Source: Acidiferrobacterales bacterium
Lineage (GTDB): Bacteria; Pseudomonadota; Gammaproteobacteria; Acidiferrobacterales; SPGG2
Reading direction: 5' to 3'
Length of the DNA stretch: 64,000 nucleotides
NCBI GenBank assembly: GCA_046759385.1
Contig: JBHICC010000006.1
Location: 10,721-74,720 of the forward strand
Of the stretch, positions 1-10,995 are shown in pieces. The position numbers and the translations under genes were made by a program. Below the pieces are notes generated by a model. It made no database searches. It saw only the letters and a program-made list of their open reading frames with translations, and had not been told where the DNA came from. Position 1 is the stretch's first letter, and every line of letters begins with the position of its first letter.

Positions 1-693
1 GTTCGCGAACTGATACGCATGCAAGAGTACGTAGACGTGATCGTGCCGCGCGGCGGAAAGGGGCTCATCGAACGGATAAGTCGAGAAGCGCTCGTACCCG
101 TCATCAAACACCTCGATGGGGTGTGTCACGTCTATATCGATGATCATGCCGATATCGAAAAAGCGATAAAGATTGCCTTCAATGCGAAGACACAGCGTTA
201 TGGTACTTGCAACACAATGGAGACCTTGCTGGTTGCGCGAAGTATGGCGGCAAACGTACTGCCACAGCTTGCGCCGATGTATAGCGCAGAGGGTGTGAAA
301 TTGCGCGGCTGCGAACTAACCCAGGCGATATTGACGGACGTCAAACCGGCGACGACCGAGGACTGGAGGACCGAGTACCTTGCTCCGGTGCTTTCGATCC
401 GTGTAGTCGAAAGCCTTGATGCAGCCATCGATCACATACAGGAGTATGGCTCCGCACACACCGAGGCGATTGTGACCGAGGATCTGGGGCGGGCAAGACG
501 TTTCCTCCGGGAAGTAGACTCCAGCTCGGTTATGGTGAACGCTTCGACACGTTTTGCAGATGGTTACGAGTATGGTTTGGGAGCCGAGATCGGGATCAGC
601 ACAGACAAGCTCCACGCGCGCGGACCCGTTGGCCTTGAAGGCCTGACTTCGCAAAAGTTCATCGTGCTCGGTGATGGGCATACTAGAGGCTAG
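1..693 (+). CDS. proA: gamma-glutamyl phosphate reductase, 3' part (start lies upstream of window)
   Basis: Frame is open from base 1. Translation ([14 protein letters not shown] ... [38 protein letters not shown]) matches the ProA C-terminal half. Confidence 0.9.
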   Translation, partial: VRELIRMQEYVDVIVPRGGKGLIERISREALVPVIKHLDGVCHVYIDDHADIEKAIKIAFNAKTQRYGTCNTMETLLVARSMAANVLPQLAPMYSAEGVKLRGCELTQAILTDVKPATTEDWRTEYLAPVLSIRVVESLDAAIDHIQEYGSAHTEAIVTEDLGRARRFLREVDSSSVMVNASTRFADGYEYGLGAEIGISTDKLHARGPVGLEGLTSQKFIVLGDGHTRG

Positions 694-797
694 AAACTAG
701 AAGGCGAAACCTCTTACCATCCGCAGCCCTCCGCACATCGATGCCCGTATTTTTGTCGTTTTTGTCTAGTTCCCGGTTTCGAGCCTCCAGTCTCTAG

Positions 798-1439
798 ATG
801 ATCGGAATCCTCGGTGGCACCTTTGATCCGATCCACTACGGCCACCTACGCCCCGCCGAGCAGGTGTTACACGCGCTGCAGCTCAAGGAGGTACGCCTGA
901 TTCCTGCAGGTCGGCCACCACATCGCGCCGCGCCGGTTGCTTCAGCCGAAAACCGTCTGAAAATGGCCGAACTGGCGGTTACGGGGAGAGCAGGCTTGTG
1001 CGTGGACGATCGAGAAATCCGAAGTTCGGGTCCCTCTTACACTGTTTGTACGCTCGGTGGTCTACGCGCCGAGCTTGGTTCGCAATCATTGTGCCTATTA
1101 ATAGGAATGGACGCATTCGTGGAGATCGAGTCTTGGTTTGAATGGAAACAGCTTTTCGAGTTCGCACACCTCGTGGTAATGGAACGTCCCGGGTCACCGA
1201 AGCTGGAGTCGGTATCGGATCTTCCCGAGTGGGCACGTAGGCGCGTTTGCGATAACGAAGCAGCGTTAATGCGCGAGAGCGCTGGCAAAATCGTGTTTCA
1301 AGCTGTCGATCCCCAACCCATTTCAGCGACCGCGATTCGTCGAATGATCAGCAAGGGCCATTGCCCACAGGGGTTAATTCCTGATTCTGTGTGGAGCTAC
1401 ATTCGCACCAATCACCTTTACGGCTACCGCGAGGAATGA
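798..1439 (+). CDS. nadD: nicotinate-nucleotide adenylyltransferase
   Basis: 213 aa. N-terminus GILGGTFDPIHYGHL carries the nucleotidyltransferase HxGH motif. The nadD-rsfS-rlmH order is conserved. Confidence 0.9.
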   Translation: MIGILGGTFDPIHYGHLRPAEQVLHALQLKEVRLIPAGRPPHRAAPVASAENRLKMAELAVTGRAGLCVDDREIRSSGPSYTVCTLGGLRAELGSQSLCLLIGMDAFVEIESWFEWKQLFEFAHLVVMERPGSPKLESVSDLPEWARRRVCDNEAALMRESAGKIVFQAVDPQPISATAIRRMISKGHCPQGLIPDSVWSYIRTNHLYGYREE

Positions 1440-1786
1440 TGCGATCAGATAGACTTGTCGATCTAGCTCAGGACGTAGTGATTGATGCCAAAGGCGAAGA
1501 TGTTCGTATCCTCGATGTTCGAAAAATTACGGACATCACCGATTATATGGTGGTTGTCACAGGTACCAGCAACCGCCACGTAATTTCTATAGCGGATAAA
1601 GTGACCGAGAAGATGATCGAGCGCAAATGCAAACCGATTGGCGTAGAAGGACTGAAAATAGGCGATTGGGTGCTGGTGGATTTCGGTGACGTTGTGATCC
1701 ACGTTATGCGTTCGCAAGTGCGAGAATTCTACAGCCTTGAGAAACTCTGGAGTGGTGGAGAGAGCTCTGGTGCGGCGGAGGTTTAG
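1436..1786 (+). CDS. rsfS: ribosomal silencing factor RsfS (iojap-like)
   Basis: ATG at 1436 overlaps the nadD stop as ATGA. About 116 aa, typical RsfS size and position. The part of the 1391 ORF upstream of this ATG lies inside nadD. Confidence 0.85.
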   Translation: MMRSDRLVDLAQDVVIDAKGEDVRILDVRKITDITDYMVVVTGTSNRHVISIADKVTEKMIERKCKPIGVEGLKIGDWVLVDFGDVVIHVMRSQVREFYSLEKLWSGGESSGAAEV

Positions 1787-1867
1787 AGCGGACTGCACAT
1801 ACACCTTTTTTGCGAAACGCATAGCGCGACGACCTTTACTGCACCCTAGCGTTGAACGAGCCGCCTG

Positions 1868-2338
1868 ATGCAGATTCATATTGTTGCAGTGGGTGGTCGT
1901 GTGCCGGCCTGGGCCAATTCGGGGTTCGACGAGTACGCGAAGCGCATGCCTGGGCATTGCCGGGTGCGGCTGCACGAAGTGCCGGCAGGTAGGCGCACCA
2001 AAGGTAGCGCTATTGCGCGGTTGATCGATCAAGAATGTAAACGGCTCATTGCGCTGACGCCTAAAGGCTGCCAGACCATAGCCTTGGAGCGTACTGGGCA
2101 GCGGATCGATACAGAACTACTAGCGGTGGCGTTACGTTCTTGGTTGAACGACGGACAAGACATCGCGTTTTGGATCGGCGGGCCGGAGGGTTTGGCCCCG
2201 GACTGTATTGAGCACGCTGACAAAGTATGGTCCTTGTCGGCGTTAACATTTGCCCATCCTTTGGTTCGGGTGCTGGTGGCGGAACAGCTTTATCGCGCCT
2301 GGAGTATTGTTCACGGGCATCCGTACCACCGCGGGTAA
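1868..2338 (+). CDS. rlmH: 23S rRNA (pseudouridine1915-N3)-methyltransferase
   Basis: 156 aa SPOUT-size protein directly after rsfS. C-terminal ...LSALTFAHPLVRVLVAEQLYRAWSI is typical of RlmH. Confidence 0.88.
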   Translation: MQIHIVAVGGRVPAWANSGFDEYAKRMPGHCRVRLHEVPAGRRTKGSAIARLIDQECKRLIALTPKGCQTIALERTGQRIDTELLAVALRSWLNDGQDIAFWIGGPEGLAPDCIEHADKVWSLSALTFAHPLVRVLVAEQLYRAWSIVHGHPYHRG

Positions 2339-2415
2339 CCATGTATAGGTCTACGACAGGTACTGGCTATGCTTAACTAATAGGTTACCGGATCAATTGT
2401 ACGGGTATTCCCTTC

Positions 2416-3000
2416 GTGTCACAGCTTTACCTTGCCTCAGGATCGCCACGGCGCGCTGAGCTATTACGCCAGCTGGGTATTGACTTCGAAGTTGTCGTGC
2501 CGGATGTTCAGGAGCTGCCGCGCAGCGGCGAATCACCCGAGCACTATGTGCGAAGGATGGCTGCCACAAAGGCCCAACGAGTTTGGCGGACTATCCACCA
2601 AGAAGGGAGTCCCGTGTACCCCGTGCTTGGCGCCGACACATGTGTGGTACTTGATGAGGAAATCCTAAGTAAACCGCGCGATCAAAGCGAGAGCGCTGGA
2701 ATGCTACGCCGTCTGTCGGGCCGCGAGCATGTCGTTCTTACTGCAGTAACGGTCGTTGATACGGCGACGACGCGCTCAGCGCTCAGCACAAGTCGCGTTG
2801 CATTTCGATCACTAACGGAACGGGAAATTGGTCGTTACTGGCGAACTGGTGAGCCTGCTGACAAGGCGGGTGCGTATGCACTGCAGGGCTTGGGAGCCGC
2901 GTTTGTGAAAAAAATCGATGGCAGCTACTCCGGCGTAGTGGGGCTACCTCTGCATGAAGTGGCTCAGTTACTTAACGAGATCGGGATGGAAGTTTTGTGA
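2416..3000 (+). CDS. maf: Maf-like nucleoside triphosphate pyrophosphatase
   Basis: 194 aa with the N-terminal LASGSPRRAELLRQLGI Maf signature. It precedes rng as in E. coli (yhdE-rng). GTG start. Confidence 0.88.
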   Translation: MSQLYLASGSPRRAELLRQLGIDFEVVVPDVQELPRSGESPEHYVRRMAATKAQRVWRTIHQEGSPVYPVLGADTCVVLDEEILSKPRDQSESAGMLRRLSGREHVVLTAVTVVDTATTRSALSTSRVAFRSLTEREIGRYWRTGEPADKAGAYALQGLGAAFVKKIDGSYSGVVGLPLHEVAQLLNEIGMEVL

Positions 3001-4460
3001 GCGAGGAGATCCTCATAAACGTAACACCGCAGGAAACCCGTGTCGCGGTGGTGGAAAACGGCGTGCTCCAGGAACTGCATATTGAACGCACGCGCACGCG
3101 CGGGCTCGTCGGAAACATCTATAAGGGCAAGGTCGCACGCACTCTGCCGGGGATGCAAGCGGCCTTTATCGATATCGGCCTCGATCGGACAGCATTTTTG
3201 CATGCAGCGGATTGTAGACTCGTCATCGACGACCTAAACAAAGTCGAGGAACATACTCCGATAAATGAGCTGCTGCACGAGGGCCAGGAAGTGATCGCTC
3301 AGGTGTCCAAGGATCCGCTCGGAAACAAGGGCGCGCGACTGACAATGAACCTGACTTTGCCGGCTCGCTACCTGGTCTACATGCCGTTCAGCAACCATAT
3401 CGGTATATCACAGAAGATTGAAGATGAATCTGAGCGTGAGCGTCTGCGAGAGCTTATCAGAGAAGCGACGGACAATGGCGCGGATGGAGGTTACATACTG
3501 CGTACTGTGGCAGAGACTGCAAATGAAGACGATCTGCAGACCGATATTCGGTATTTGCGACGAGCCTGGTCGGTTGTGCAGGCGCGGCTCAAGTCGTCGC
3601 CACGTAGCTCGCTCATCCATGCTGACTTACCGCTTGCGTTGCGGGCAATGCGCGACCTGGTTCGTGATAACGTGGAAAAGATCCGCATCGACTCACGCGA
3701 AACGTTCCAGCGAGCGAACGAGTTTGCGTGCGAGTGTATACCCGAGGTGAAAGATCGCATCGAGTACTACCCAGGAGAACGACCGATCTTTGACCTCTAT
3801 TCAGTGGAAGACGAGATCCAGAAAGCGCTCGACCGCAAGGTACTGCTCAAATCAGGCGGGTACCTAATCATCGATCAGACCGAGGCTATGACCACGATTG
3901 ATGTCAATACGGGCGCCTACGTTGGGCGTCGCACACTTGAGGAGACGTTGTTCAAGACAAACCTGGAAGCGGCGCAAGGGATGGCGAGGCAGCTGCGGCT
4001 GCGAAACATCGGGGGCATCATAATCGTTGACTTTATTGACATGGCAGACTTCGAGCACCGCCGCCAGGTCGTACGTGCGCTTGAAAAGGCGTTGGCGCGC
4101 GACCGCGCTAAGGTCTACATCGCAGAAATGTCTGCGCTAGGGCTGGTGGAAATCACACGCAAGCGGACTCGTGAAAGCCTCGAACGGTTGCTGTCCGAAC
4201 CGTGCACGGTCTGTAATGGCCGCGGCACACTCAAAACTCCGCAGACGATCTGTTACGAAGTGTTTCGGGAGATTCTACGAGAAGCGCGCCAGTTCGAGGC
4301 AAACCAATATTTGGTCCTTGCCTCGCAGGTTGTCATTGACATGTTGTTGGATGAGGAGGCAGACAGTCTCGCCAACCTACAAGAGTTCATTGGAAAGCCT
4401 GTTCAACTTCAAGTGGAACCGCTTTACTACCAAGAGCAGTACGATATCGTTTTGACGTAA
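2997..4460 (+). CDS. rng: ribonuclease G
   Basis: 487 aa. N-terminal S1-like region (GNIYKGKVARTLPGMQAAFIDIG) plus an RNase E/G catalytic core. GTGA overlap with the maf stop. Confidence 0.92.
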   Translation: MSEEILINVTPQETRVAVVENGVLQELHIERTRTRGLVGNIYKGKVARTLPGMQAAFIDIGLDRTAFLHAADCRLVIDDLNKVEEHTPINELLHEGQEVIAQVSKDPLGNKGARLTMNLTLPARYLVYMPFSNHIGISQKIEDESERERLRELIREATDNGADGGYILRTVAETANEDDLQTDIRYLRRAWSVVQARLKSSPRSSLIHADLPLALRAMRDLVRDNVEKIRIDSRETFQRANEFACECIPEVKDRIEYYPGERPIFDLYSVEDEIQKALDRKVLLKSGGYLIIDQTEAMTTIDVNTGAYVGRRTLEETLFKTNLEAAQGMARQLRLRNIGGIIIVDFIDMADFEHRRQVVRALEKALARDRAKVYIAEMSALGLVEITRKRTRESLERLLSEPCTVCNGRGTLKTPQTICYEVFREILREARQFEANQYLVLASQVVIDMLLDEEADSLANLQEFIGKPVQLQVEPLYYQEQYDIVLT

Positions 4461-4515
4461 GGTGTAGGGAACATCTCCCACAACTAAGCTTTAAATAGGG
4501 GCCAACGCAAATCAT

Positions 4516-7500
4516 ATGCACCGCTTTCGCCGTTATGCGTTTCACATAGGCAGGTTTACCGTGCACGTTGGTCGCTGGACTTGGTATACAGCGGCTGCAC
4601 TCCTGGCGGTGATGGCTGTCGTTTTTACCGTTGCCCGCATCGGGCTCCCCGCGCTTGCTGAGAAGAGAACTGAAATAGAAAACTTTATTAGCGCGCAGTC
4701 GAGCTATCCTGTCCGCATCGGCGATCTCGAAACCTACTGGCGCGGACTGCGGCCGGGACTGCGCATCAAAAAGCTTGAGATCTTTTCATCGTCGGATCTG
4801 ACTCGGGCAGTTCAATTGGCTGAGGTGCGTGTCAGCCTGGCGCTGCTGCCACTCCTATGGGGAGAGCTGCAAATAAACAGCCTGGTTGTAGTCAATCCCA
4901 GCCTTGCGTTAGAACGACTTGCGGACGGCCGTCTACGCGTTACCGGCTTTGAGCCTCTAGCTATGCGTGAGCGGTCAGAGAACGGGAAGCTGCTTCCCTG
5001 GTTGCTTGATCAAAAACAACTGATCATAGAAGACGGTGAGCTGCAATGGTTTGATCACCAGGCAGGGCGCCAAGGTTTCTATCTGTCGAAGATCAACGTC
5101 AATCTTCACAACAAAGGCAACCACCACGAACTTGGGATCACTGCCGATTTCCCGCAGGAATTGTGCACCGATTGTTCGCTTGTCCTCGAGCTGAACGGTA
5201 ATCCCGCGACATCCAAAGTTTGGGATGGCAAGATCTTTCTCAAGGCTATCGGGATTGATCTAGCTAGGCTACCGGCGATCGTACGTGACGCATTGCCGAA
5301 ACATGTTGCCGGTAAATTTGATCTGCAGCTATGGACAACCTGGCGCGACGGTAAGCTGCTAGCAGCTAACGGCGACGCTAGCGTATCTCGATTGGCGTTG
5401 CCGATTAAGTCGCTCGATGCTCCGCTTGCTGTACGCGAGGCGCGAGCGCGTCTGCAGTGGAAAAAACGGGGGGGCTTTTGGGAGCTTAATCTGGAGGATC
5501 TTTGGTTGGGGCTGAGCGGTCCGGCATGGTCCGCCGGCAATGTGCAATTGAAGCAAGACCCGAGGGGTCGGACGATAGAAGTCAGTCGTTTAGACATACA
5601 GGATGTTGCGACGTTTCTCACAGGGTTGGGCCTCAAGAATAAATATGTGCAGACGCTTAAGGTGGTTAACCCACGTGGCAAGTTGCACGGACTCAAACTC
5701 AGGATCGATGGTGACGGTACCAAGCCCGATGATTTCAGTCTCCAGGCCAGAGTCGATGGCTTTGTGAGCGAGCCGTTTCGAAAAATTCCTGGTGTAACCG
5801 GGATAACAGGACAGTTGAGCGCGCGCGGACAGGCCGGCACTTTCTTGCTCGATAGTAAAAACCTGACACTATCGGCACCGCATGTCTTCAGGGTGCCACT
5901 CGATTTCGGCAAGGTAACAGCACATGTAGGCTGGGCGCTCAGTTCGAAGGAAGTACATGTAATAGGCGAAAACGTGCGCGTAAACGCAGAGGATGGGCAA
6001 GGCGAGGGTCAAGTCGAGCTGCGAGTGCCGTTGGATCGATCGAAAAAACCCTATATCAATCTGCGCGCCACTTTCAAGGACGGCAACGGTGCCCACGCAA
6101 GCCGCTATTACCCGATCAACCTACTCACCGACAAAACCGTGGCTTGGCTTGATGACTCGCTTGTGTCCGGGTTTGTGACGAGTGGGCAAGTTATCTACGA
6201 TGGCAACGTTGCGGATTTCCCCTTTCGCGATGGCAATGGCGAGTTCGAAGTGGTGGCCCATGTTCGTGATGGCGTATTTAGCTACTTGCCCGGTTGGGTT
6301 CCGGTGACTGGGGCTGAGGCCGATGTACGCTTCAGAAACAACAAAATGCTTATCACCGGGCATCGCGGCAAGGTCGGAGACTTGGATGTTGAACAAGTGA
6401 TTGTGAGCGCCGATGATCTGCGCAAGCACGGGGAATCGATCGTGAAGGTCACTGCTACAGGTAACGGCCCCGTGCCGGAAGCACTGAGCATTCTGCGCAA
6501 CAATCCGATCGCGCGAAATAAGAAAAGCTGGGCTTCATACTTCGGCCTCGGATTCGACGTTGATGGCCATGGTGTGCTTGATCTACGGTTAACCATACCG
6601 ATTCGGCATGCGAGCGCATTCTCACTCGATGGCGAGTATCTCGTAGAACGTGGAACCCTGTCGTTTCGCGTACCGCGCCTGAGGGCGGAAAACGTCCACG
6701 GTACAGTGCGCTTCAACAAAGACGGCCCAACCACAGGGACCTTGCGAGGCCGATTCCTCGGGGGCAATGCGGTTGTGGATCTAGAGGGCCAGGGGCTAGA
6801 GGGTATCCAGGACACGCATCTCTCTGGCCGCGGAACGTTCACGGCGACGGGCTTAGCACGGGCGCTTCAATGGCCGATCGATGACTACCTAAAGGGGTCG
6901 AGCGCATGGGCTGGGACCATGCTCCTGCGACCCGGTTTTGATCGCCTTGATGTCCAAGCGAATCTGCGCGGTATTGAGAGCACCTTACCTGCTCCGCTCT
7001 ACAAACCAAAAGATGAGTCGGTACCCTTAACGCTGGTTTCGAAACGAAGCGCGCCCGATAAGCGCCGTCTCAGTATTGACGCCGGCGAGCGCATCGCTGC
7101 GCGCCTTAACTTCACGCGGCAGGAGGAGGACTGGACGTTTGTGCGCGGAGTCGTTGGCGTGGGTGTAGGGAAGCTGAAGTGGCCGTTGGCACGGGGACTG
7201 CAAATCAAAGCACGAGGCAGGCATGCGGACGCTGACGCCTGGCTCCAAGTCTTGCGGGTTGGACGCGGTACCGGGATGCCGGCGTTTATCAAACGCTTTA
7301 GCGCTCAGTTCGATTCTGTGTTTCTGTTGAATCGTCAATGTGGAGCGTTGCGTCTCGATCTTGCCAGAAAGGGCTACGTTTGGAGCGGCGCGATGGGGGG
7401 CGACTCGCTTGAAGGACAAATACGGATCACAGAGCGCTTGGGTGGACCGCCCGACATCGAGCTGGATATGGCGCGGCTCGTCATTCGTGAAAAGAAGCCT

Positions 7501-8355
7501 GAGGCGGGGACGACCTTGAAAAATCCGCGCGATCTACCCGGGGTCATATTGAAGGCAAAGTCGTTAGCGTACAAAGATCGGAAACTCGGCGCACTTGACT
7601 TTGAAGCTATTCCGCGCGATCTCGGCTGGCAGATAGTGCGTTTAGAGCTTACGCGTCCCGAAACACGGGTGTCGCTTAAGGGCGATTGGTTGGCGATCGG
7701 TGAGGAGCAAGTGACCGAGCTGGCGCTGCAGATCAACAGCACCAACTTCGGTGAGACATTACAGGCCTGGGGTGTTCCCGATCGGCTTGAGGGCAGTGAG
7801 TTGGAGGCAAAGTCGAGTCTATCGTGGCGAGGCTCGCCCTTGGATCCGGTAGTCGCTACGCTCGATGGCAATGTGGAACTCTTGGCGAAGAACGGACGCC
7901 TGCCTCAGATCGAACGGGGGGCAGGCCGCCTACTGGGGGTGCTCGACTTCACATCATTTGGGAATTTGTCCCAGCAGTTTGAAAAAGGGCTGCCGTTCAA
8001 CACCGCGAAGGGCAGCTTTGCCATCGAGAACGGTGACGCCTACACGCACAACTCCTACTTGAAAGGCTCGGCCGTGCACATTTCCTTCAACGGCCGTGTC
8101 GGAATCGCCGCCCGCGACTATGATATGGCTATGCGAGTGGTGCCAAAGTTTGGGACCAATATCGTGCTCTGGGGTGTGCTGCCGCAGGTGGGCATGGCGC
8201 TGTTGGCGTTAGAGAAACTGTTCGAAAAACCCGTTTCCAAAAGTACACGTATGACTTATGTGGTTACGGGGTCCTGGGATAACCCGACCATCAACCGCCT
8301 TGGTGAGAAAAGCCCCGCGCCCAAATTGGAGGAACTCCAAGACGGCGGAAATTGA
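4516..8355 (+). CDS. yhdP: YhdP-family AsmA-like inner-membrane-anchored protein
   Basis: 1279 aa with one N-terminal TM helix. It sits immediately after rng, exactly as E. coli yhdP (about 1266 aa) does. Confidence 0.8.
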   Translation: MHRFRRYAFHIGRFTVHVGRWTWYTAAALLAVMAVVFTVARIGLPALAEKRTEIENFISAQSSYPVRIGDLETYWRGLRPGLRIKKLEIFSSSDLTRAVQLAEVRVSLALLPLLWGELQINSLVVVNPSLALERLADGRLRVTGFEPLAMRERSENGKLLPWLLDQKQLIIEDGELQWFDHQAGRQGFYLSKINVNLHNKGNHHELGITADFPQELCTDCSLVLELNGNPATSKVWDGKIFLKAIGIDLARLPAIVRDALPKHVAGKFDLQLWTTWRDGKLLAANGDASVSRLALPIKSLDAPLAVREARARLQWKKRGGFWELNLEDLWLGLSGPAWSAGNVQLKQDPRGRTIEVSRLDIQDVATFLTGLGLKNKYVQTLKVVNPRGKLHGLKLRIDGDGTKPDDFSLQARVDGFVSEPFRKIPGVTGITGQLSARGQAGTFLLDSKNLTLSAPHVFRVPLDFGKVTAHVGWALSSKEVHVIGENVRVNAEDGQGEGQVELRVPLDRSKKPYINLRATFKDGNGAHASRYYPINLLTDKTVAWLDDSLVSGFVTSGQVIYDGNVADFPFRDGNGEFEVVAHVRDGVFSYLPGWVPVTGAEADVRFRNNKMLITGHRGKVGDLDVEQVIVSADDLRKHGESIVKVTATGNGPVPEALSILRNNPIARNKKSWASYFGLGFDVDGHGVLDLRLTIPIRHASAFSLDGEYLVERGTLSFRVPRLRAENVHGTVRFNKDGPTTGTLRGRFLGGNAVVDLEGQGLEGIQDTHLSGRGTFTATGLARALQWPIDDYLKGSSAWAGTMLLRPGFDRLDVQANLRGIESTLPAPLYKPKDESVPLTLVSKRSAPDKRRLSIDAGERIAARLNFTRQEEDWTFVRGVVGVGVGKLKWPLARGLQIKARGRHADADAWLQVLRVGRGTGMPAFIKRFSAQFDSVFLLNRQCGALRLDLARKGYVWSGAMGGDSLEGQIRITERLGGPPDIELDMARLVIREKKPEAGTTLKNPRDLPGVILKAKSLAYKDRKLGALDFEAIPRDLGWQIVRLELTRPETRVSLKGDWLAIGEEQVTELALQINSTNFGETLQAWGVPDRLEGSELEAKSSLSWRGSPLDPVVATLDGNVELLAKNGRLPQIERGAGRLLGVLDFTSFGNLSQQFEKGLPFNTAKGSFAIENGDAYTHNSYLKGSAVHISFNGRVGIAARDYDMAMRVVPKFGTNIVLWGVLPQVGMALLALEKLFEKPVSKSTRMTYVVTGSWDNPTINRLGEKSPAPKLEELQDGGN

Positions 8356-8396
8356 ACCGGATGAATGGGTTAATGCTCGATGGTATTCTAGCATCG

Positions 8397-8726
8397 ATGC
8401 TTGTGCGACCCCTGACATTGTGCGTCCTGCTGCTCTTGCCCGCACCGTTGTTGGCGGAGCGGGTCACCATTACTGCTGATCAGTGGGCGCGGCCGCGTAG
8501 CGGCGAAACGATCGCTAGGCTTGGTTTGTTGCACAGAGTCGTTCAGGAGCTTGATGCGCAGCCAGATCGTCAAATCGTGATCCGCCATGCGAGAGGCGAA
8601 AATGGTACCCTGTGGGCCGCGGAGCTGCGCTCTTGGCTCGTGTCGCTCGGGGTGTCGTCGAAGCGGATCAGCCTCGCGACTGGCCTTAAAGACAAAAGCG
8701 TCATCGTCGTGGAGACCACCCCTTAG
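8397..8726 (+). CDS. hypothetical exported protein
   Basis: ORF 8352-8726. The most plausible start is the ATG at 8397, which gives the signal-like MLVRPLTLCVLLLLPAPLLAE. I recognise no family. Confidence 0.45.
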   Translation: MLVRPLTLCVLLLLPAPLLAERVTITADQWARPRSGETIARLGLLHRVVQELDAQPDRQIVIRHARGENGTLWAAELRSWLVSLGVSSKRISLATGLKDKSVIVVETTP

Positions 8727-8736
8727 AGCTGTAACG

Positions 8737-9615
8737 ATGAGTAAGATTGTGGCAGTACAGATGACATCCAGTCCGGATGTCGCGGCCAATCTCGATGAGG
8801 CCGCAAAGCTAGTCGGCGATGCGGTCGCCGCTGGCGCCGACATGGTGGTGCTGCCTGAGAATTTCGCCGTCATGCCGATGAAAGACAGCGATCGCCTGGC
8901 GGCGAAAGAGAAGAATGGAAGCGGGCCTATACAGGATTTCCTCGCTGATCAAGCGCGTCGTCATCGCATCTGGCTTGTGGGCGGGACAATCCCGTTGGAG
9001 GCGGGTCAGGATGATAAGGTGCGGGCGACATGCCTGTTGTTCGATTCTTCTGGCGAGCGTGTCGCGCGCTACGACAAGGTCCACTTGTTTGACGTCAAGC
9101 TGGAGAACGGTGAGGAATACCAGGAGTCCAGTACCATTGAGGCCGGTGCTGAAGTCGTCGTCGTTGACACGCCGCTTGGCAGGCTGGGATTGGCGGTTTG
9201 TTACGATCTGCGTTTTCCCGAGCTATTTCGGCAAATGTTGGATCAGGGTGCCGAGATATTTACGCTACCGTCGGCATTCACTGCGATAACCGGCAAGGCG
9301 CATTGGGAGATTTTGATACGCGCACGCGCGATAGAGAATCTGGCGTTCGTCGTCGCTCCCGGCCAGGGGGGCTGTCATGCCAACGGGCGTGAGACCCACG
9401 GTGACTCGATGATTGTTAGTCCTTGGGGGGAGATTCTCGCTCGCCACTCCCAAGGGATCGGATTCATCCTAGCAGAGATTGACCGCGGCCGGCTGCAAAC
9501 CTTGCGCGCCGGTCTACCCAGTATTGATCACCGGAGATTGGAACATGGCAGGGTTGTTGGAAAAGGCAAGGGCGTCCTTGCTAGAACCCGCGGGGATCGA
9601 CGAAAACGAGCTTGA
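8737..9615 (+). CDS. carbon-nitrogen hydrolase (nitrilase superfamily)
   Basis: Start taken at [11 protein letters not shown] (ATG 8737). E-K-C triad contexts are present: [29 protein letters not shown]. It sits between yhdP and tldD as in Pseudomonas. Confidence 0.85.
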   Translation: MSKIVAVQMTSSPDVAANLDEAAKLVGDAVAAGADMVVLPENFAVMPMKDSDRLAAKEKNGSGPIQDFLADQARRHRIWLVGGTIPLEAGQDDKVRATCLLFDSSGERVARYDKVHLFDVKLENGEEYQESSTIEAGAEVVVVDTPLGRLGLAVCYDLRFPELFRQMLDQGAEIFTLPSAFTAITGKAHWEILIRARAIENLAFVVAPGQGGCHANGRETHGDSMIVSPWGEILARHSQGIGFILAEIDRGRLQTLRAGLPSIDHRRLEHGRVVGKGKGVLARTRGDRRKRA

Positions 9616-10990
9616 GCGACTGATGGGTCGTCTATTGGCCCACCAGATCGACTACGCCGATCTGTACTTCCAGTATCGCCGCCACGAGTCGTGGTCGCTG
9701 GAAGAGAGCAAGGTCAAGTCAGGAAGTCACACGATCGATCAAGGCGTAGGCGTACGCGCGGTAAGCCAAGAGAAAACGGGGTTTGCCTATTCCGATGAGA
9801 TCGGGTTACCGACACTATTAGAGGCCGCGGGTGCCGCGCGCGCGATCGCGCACCAAGGCGGCAGCGCTCAGGTGCCGACCCGATGGGAGGGCGGAAGCGG
9901 ATTAGAACTGTACCCACCGACCGACCCGCTTGGCAGCCTTCCGGATGCATCCAAGATCAAGCTCTTGGAGGATGTTGAAGCCGAAGCCCGGCGCCAAGAC
10001 GCAGGAGTCAAGCAGGTCATGGCGAGCCTGTCGGCCGTCCATGAAGTAGTGCTGGTTGCGCGAAGTGATGGCCTGTTGGCAGCCGATGTACGTCCACTGG
10101 TGCGCCTCAACGTTTTGGTGATTGCCGAGCAAAACGGCCGACGCGAGCAAGGTGTAGCAGGGGGAGGTGGCCGGGTCGATTACCAACACTTTATGGACAA
10201 GGACACAGCACTGGGCTATGCGCGTGAGGCAGCCCGCCAAGCGTTGGTCAATTTGGAGGCTGTTGCTGCTCCGGCCGGGTCATTGCTGGTGGTGCTCGGA
10301 CCCGGGTGGCCTGGCGTTTTGCTGCATGAGGCGATTGGCCATGGCCTTGAGGGTGACTTCAATCGCAAGGGAACATCTGCGTTCGCCGGCCGAATCGGCG
10401 AGCAGGTGGCAACCAAGGCGTGCAGCGTGGTAGACGATGGAACGCTTTTTGGACGCCGCGGTTCTCTAAATGTCGACGACGAGGGCACACCGACGCAGGA
10501 AACTGTATTGATTGAGAATGGCATTCTCAAGCAATACATGCAGGATACGTTGAACGCGCGCCTAATGGGTATGACACCCACTGGAAACGGAAGGCGGGAA
10601 TCGTATGCTCATGTGCCGATGCCTCGCATGACTAACACTTATATGAGAGCGAACGATGTTGATCCGCAGGAGATCATTGCTTCAGTAGATAAAGGAATCT
10701 ACGCGGTCAACTTTGGCGGTGGCCAGGTCGATATCACATCTGGCAAGTTCGTTTTCTCGGCGAGCGAGGCCTATTTGATCGAAAAGGGTAGAGCGACTCA
10801 ACCAATCAAAGGCGCTACTCTGATCGGCAACGGACCAGATGTGCTAACCCGCGTCAGTATGGTAGGTAACGACCTCAAGCTCGACACCGGTGTCGGCACT
10901 TGTGGCAAAGAAGGACAAAGCGTTCCCGTCGGCGTAGGTCAGCCGACCCTGCGAATCGACGGTATTACCGTAGGTGGGACACAAGGTTAA
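9545..10990 (+). CDS. tldD: metalloprotease TldD
   Basis: 481 aa from ATG 9545. The N-terminus aligns with E. coli TldD ([14 protein letters not shown]). [11 protein letters not shown] metal-binding motif. Confidence 0.92.
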   Translation: MAGLLEKARASLLEPAGIDENELERLMGRLLAHQIDYADLYFQYRRHESWSLEESKVKSGSHTIDQGVGVRAVSQEKTGFAYSDEIGLPTLLEAAGAARAIAHQGGSAQVPTRWEGGSGLELYPPTDPLGSLPDASKIKLLEDVEAEARRQDAGVKQVMASLSAVHEVVLVARSDGLLAADVRPLVRLNVLVIAEQNGRREQGVAGGGGRVDYQHFMDKDTALGYAREAARQALVNLEAVAAPAGSLLVVLGPGWPGVLLHEAIGHGLEGDFNRKGTSAFAGRIGEQVATKACSVVDDGTLFGRRGSLNVDDEGTPTQETVLIENGILKQYMQDTLNARLMGMTPTGNGRRESYAHVPMPRMTNTYMRANDVDPQEIIASVDKGIYAVNFGGGQVDITSGKFVFSASEAYLIEKGRATQPIKGATLIGNGPDVLTRVSMVGNDLKLDTGVGTCGKEGQSVPVGVGQPTLRIDGITVGGTQG

Positions 10991-10995
10991 GATAC

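Noticed and set aside
5106-5912. Long antisense ORFs nested in well-supported genes. Examples are 5106-5912(-) in yhdP, 35307-35954(-) in petA, 40536-41207(+) in the glcD-like gene, 50450-50986(-) and 51430-52125(-) in murE/murF, 61815-62681(-) in ftsA and 62774-63499(-) in ftsZ.
   Set aside because: These are typical shadow ORFs of GC-rich coding DNA. They have Arg/Ser/Pro/Ala-rich low-complexity translations and no recognisable motifs, and each lies entirely opposite a gene with strong family signatures.
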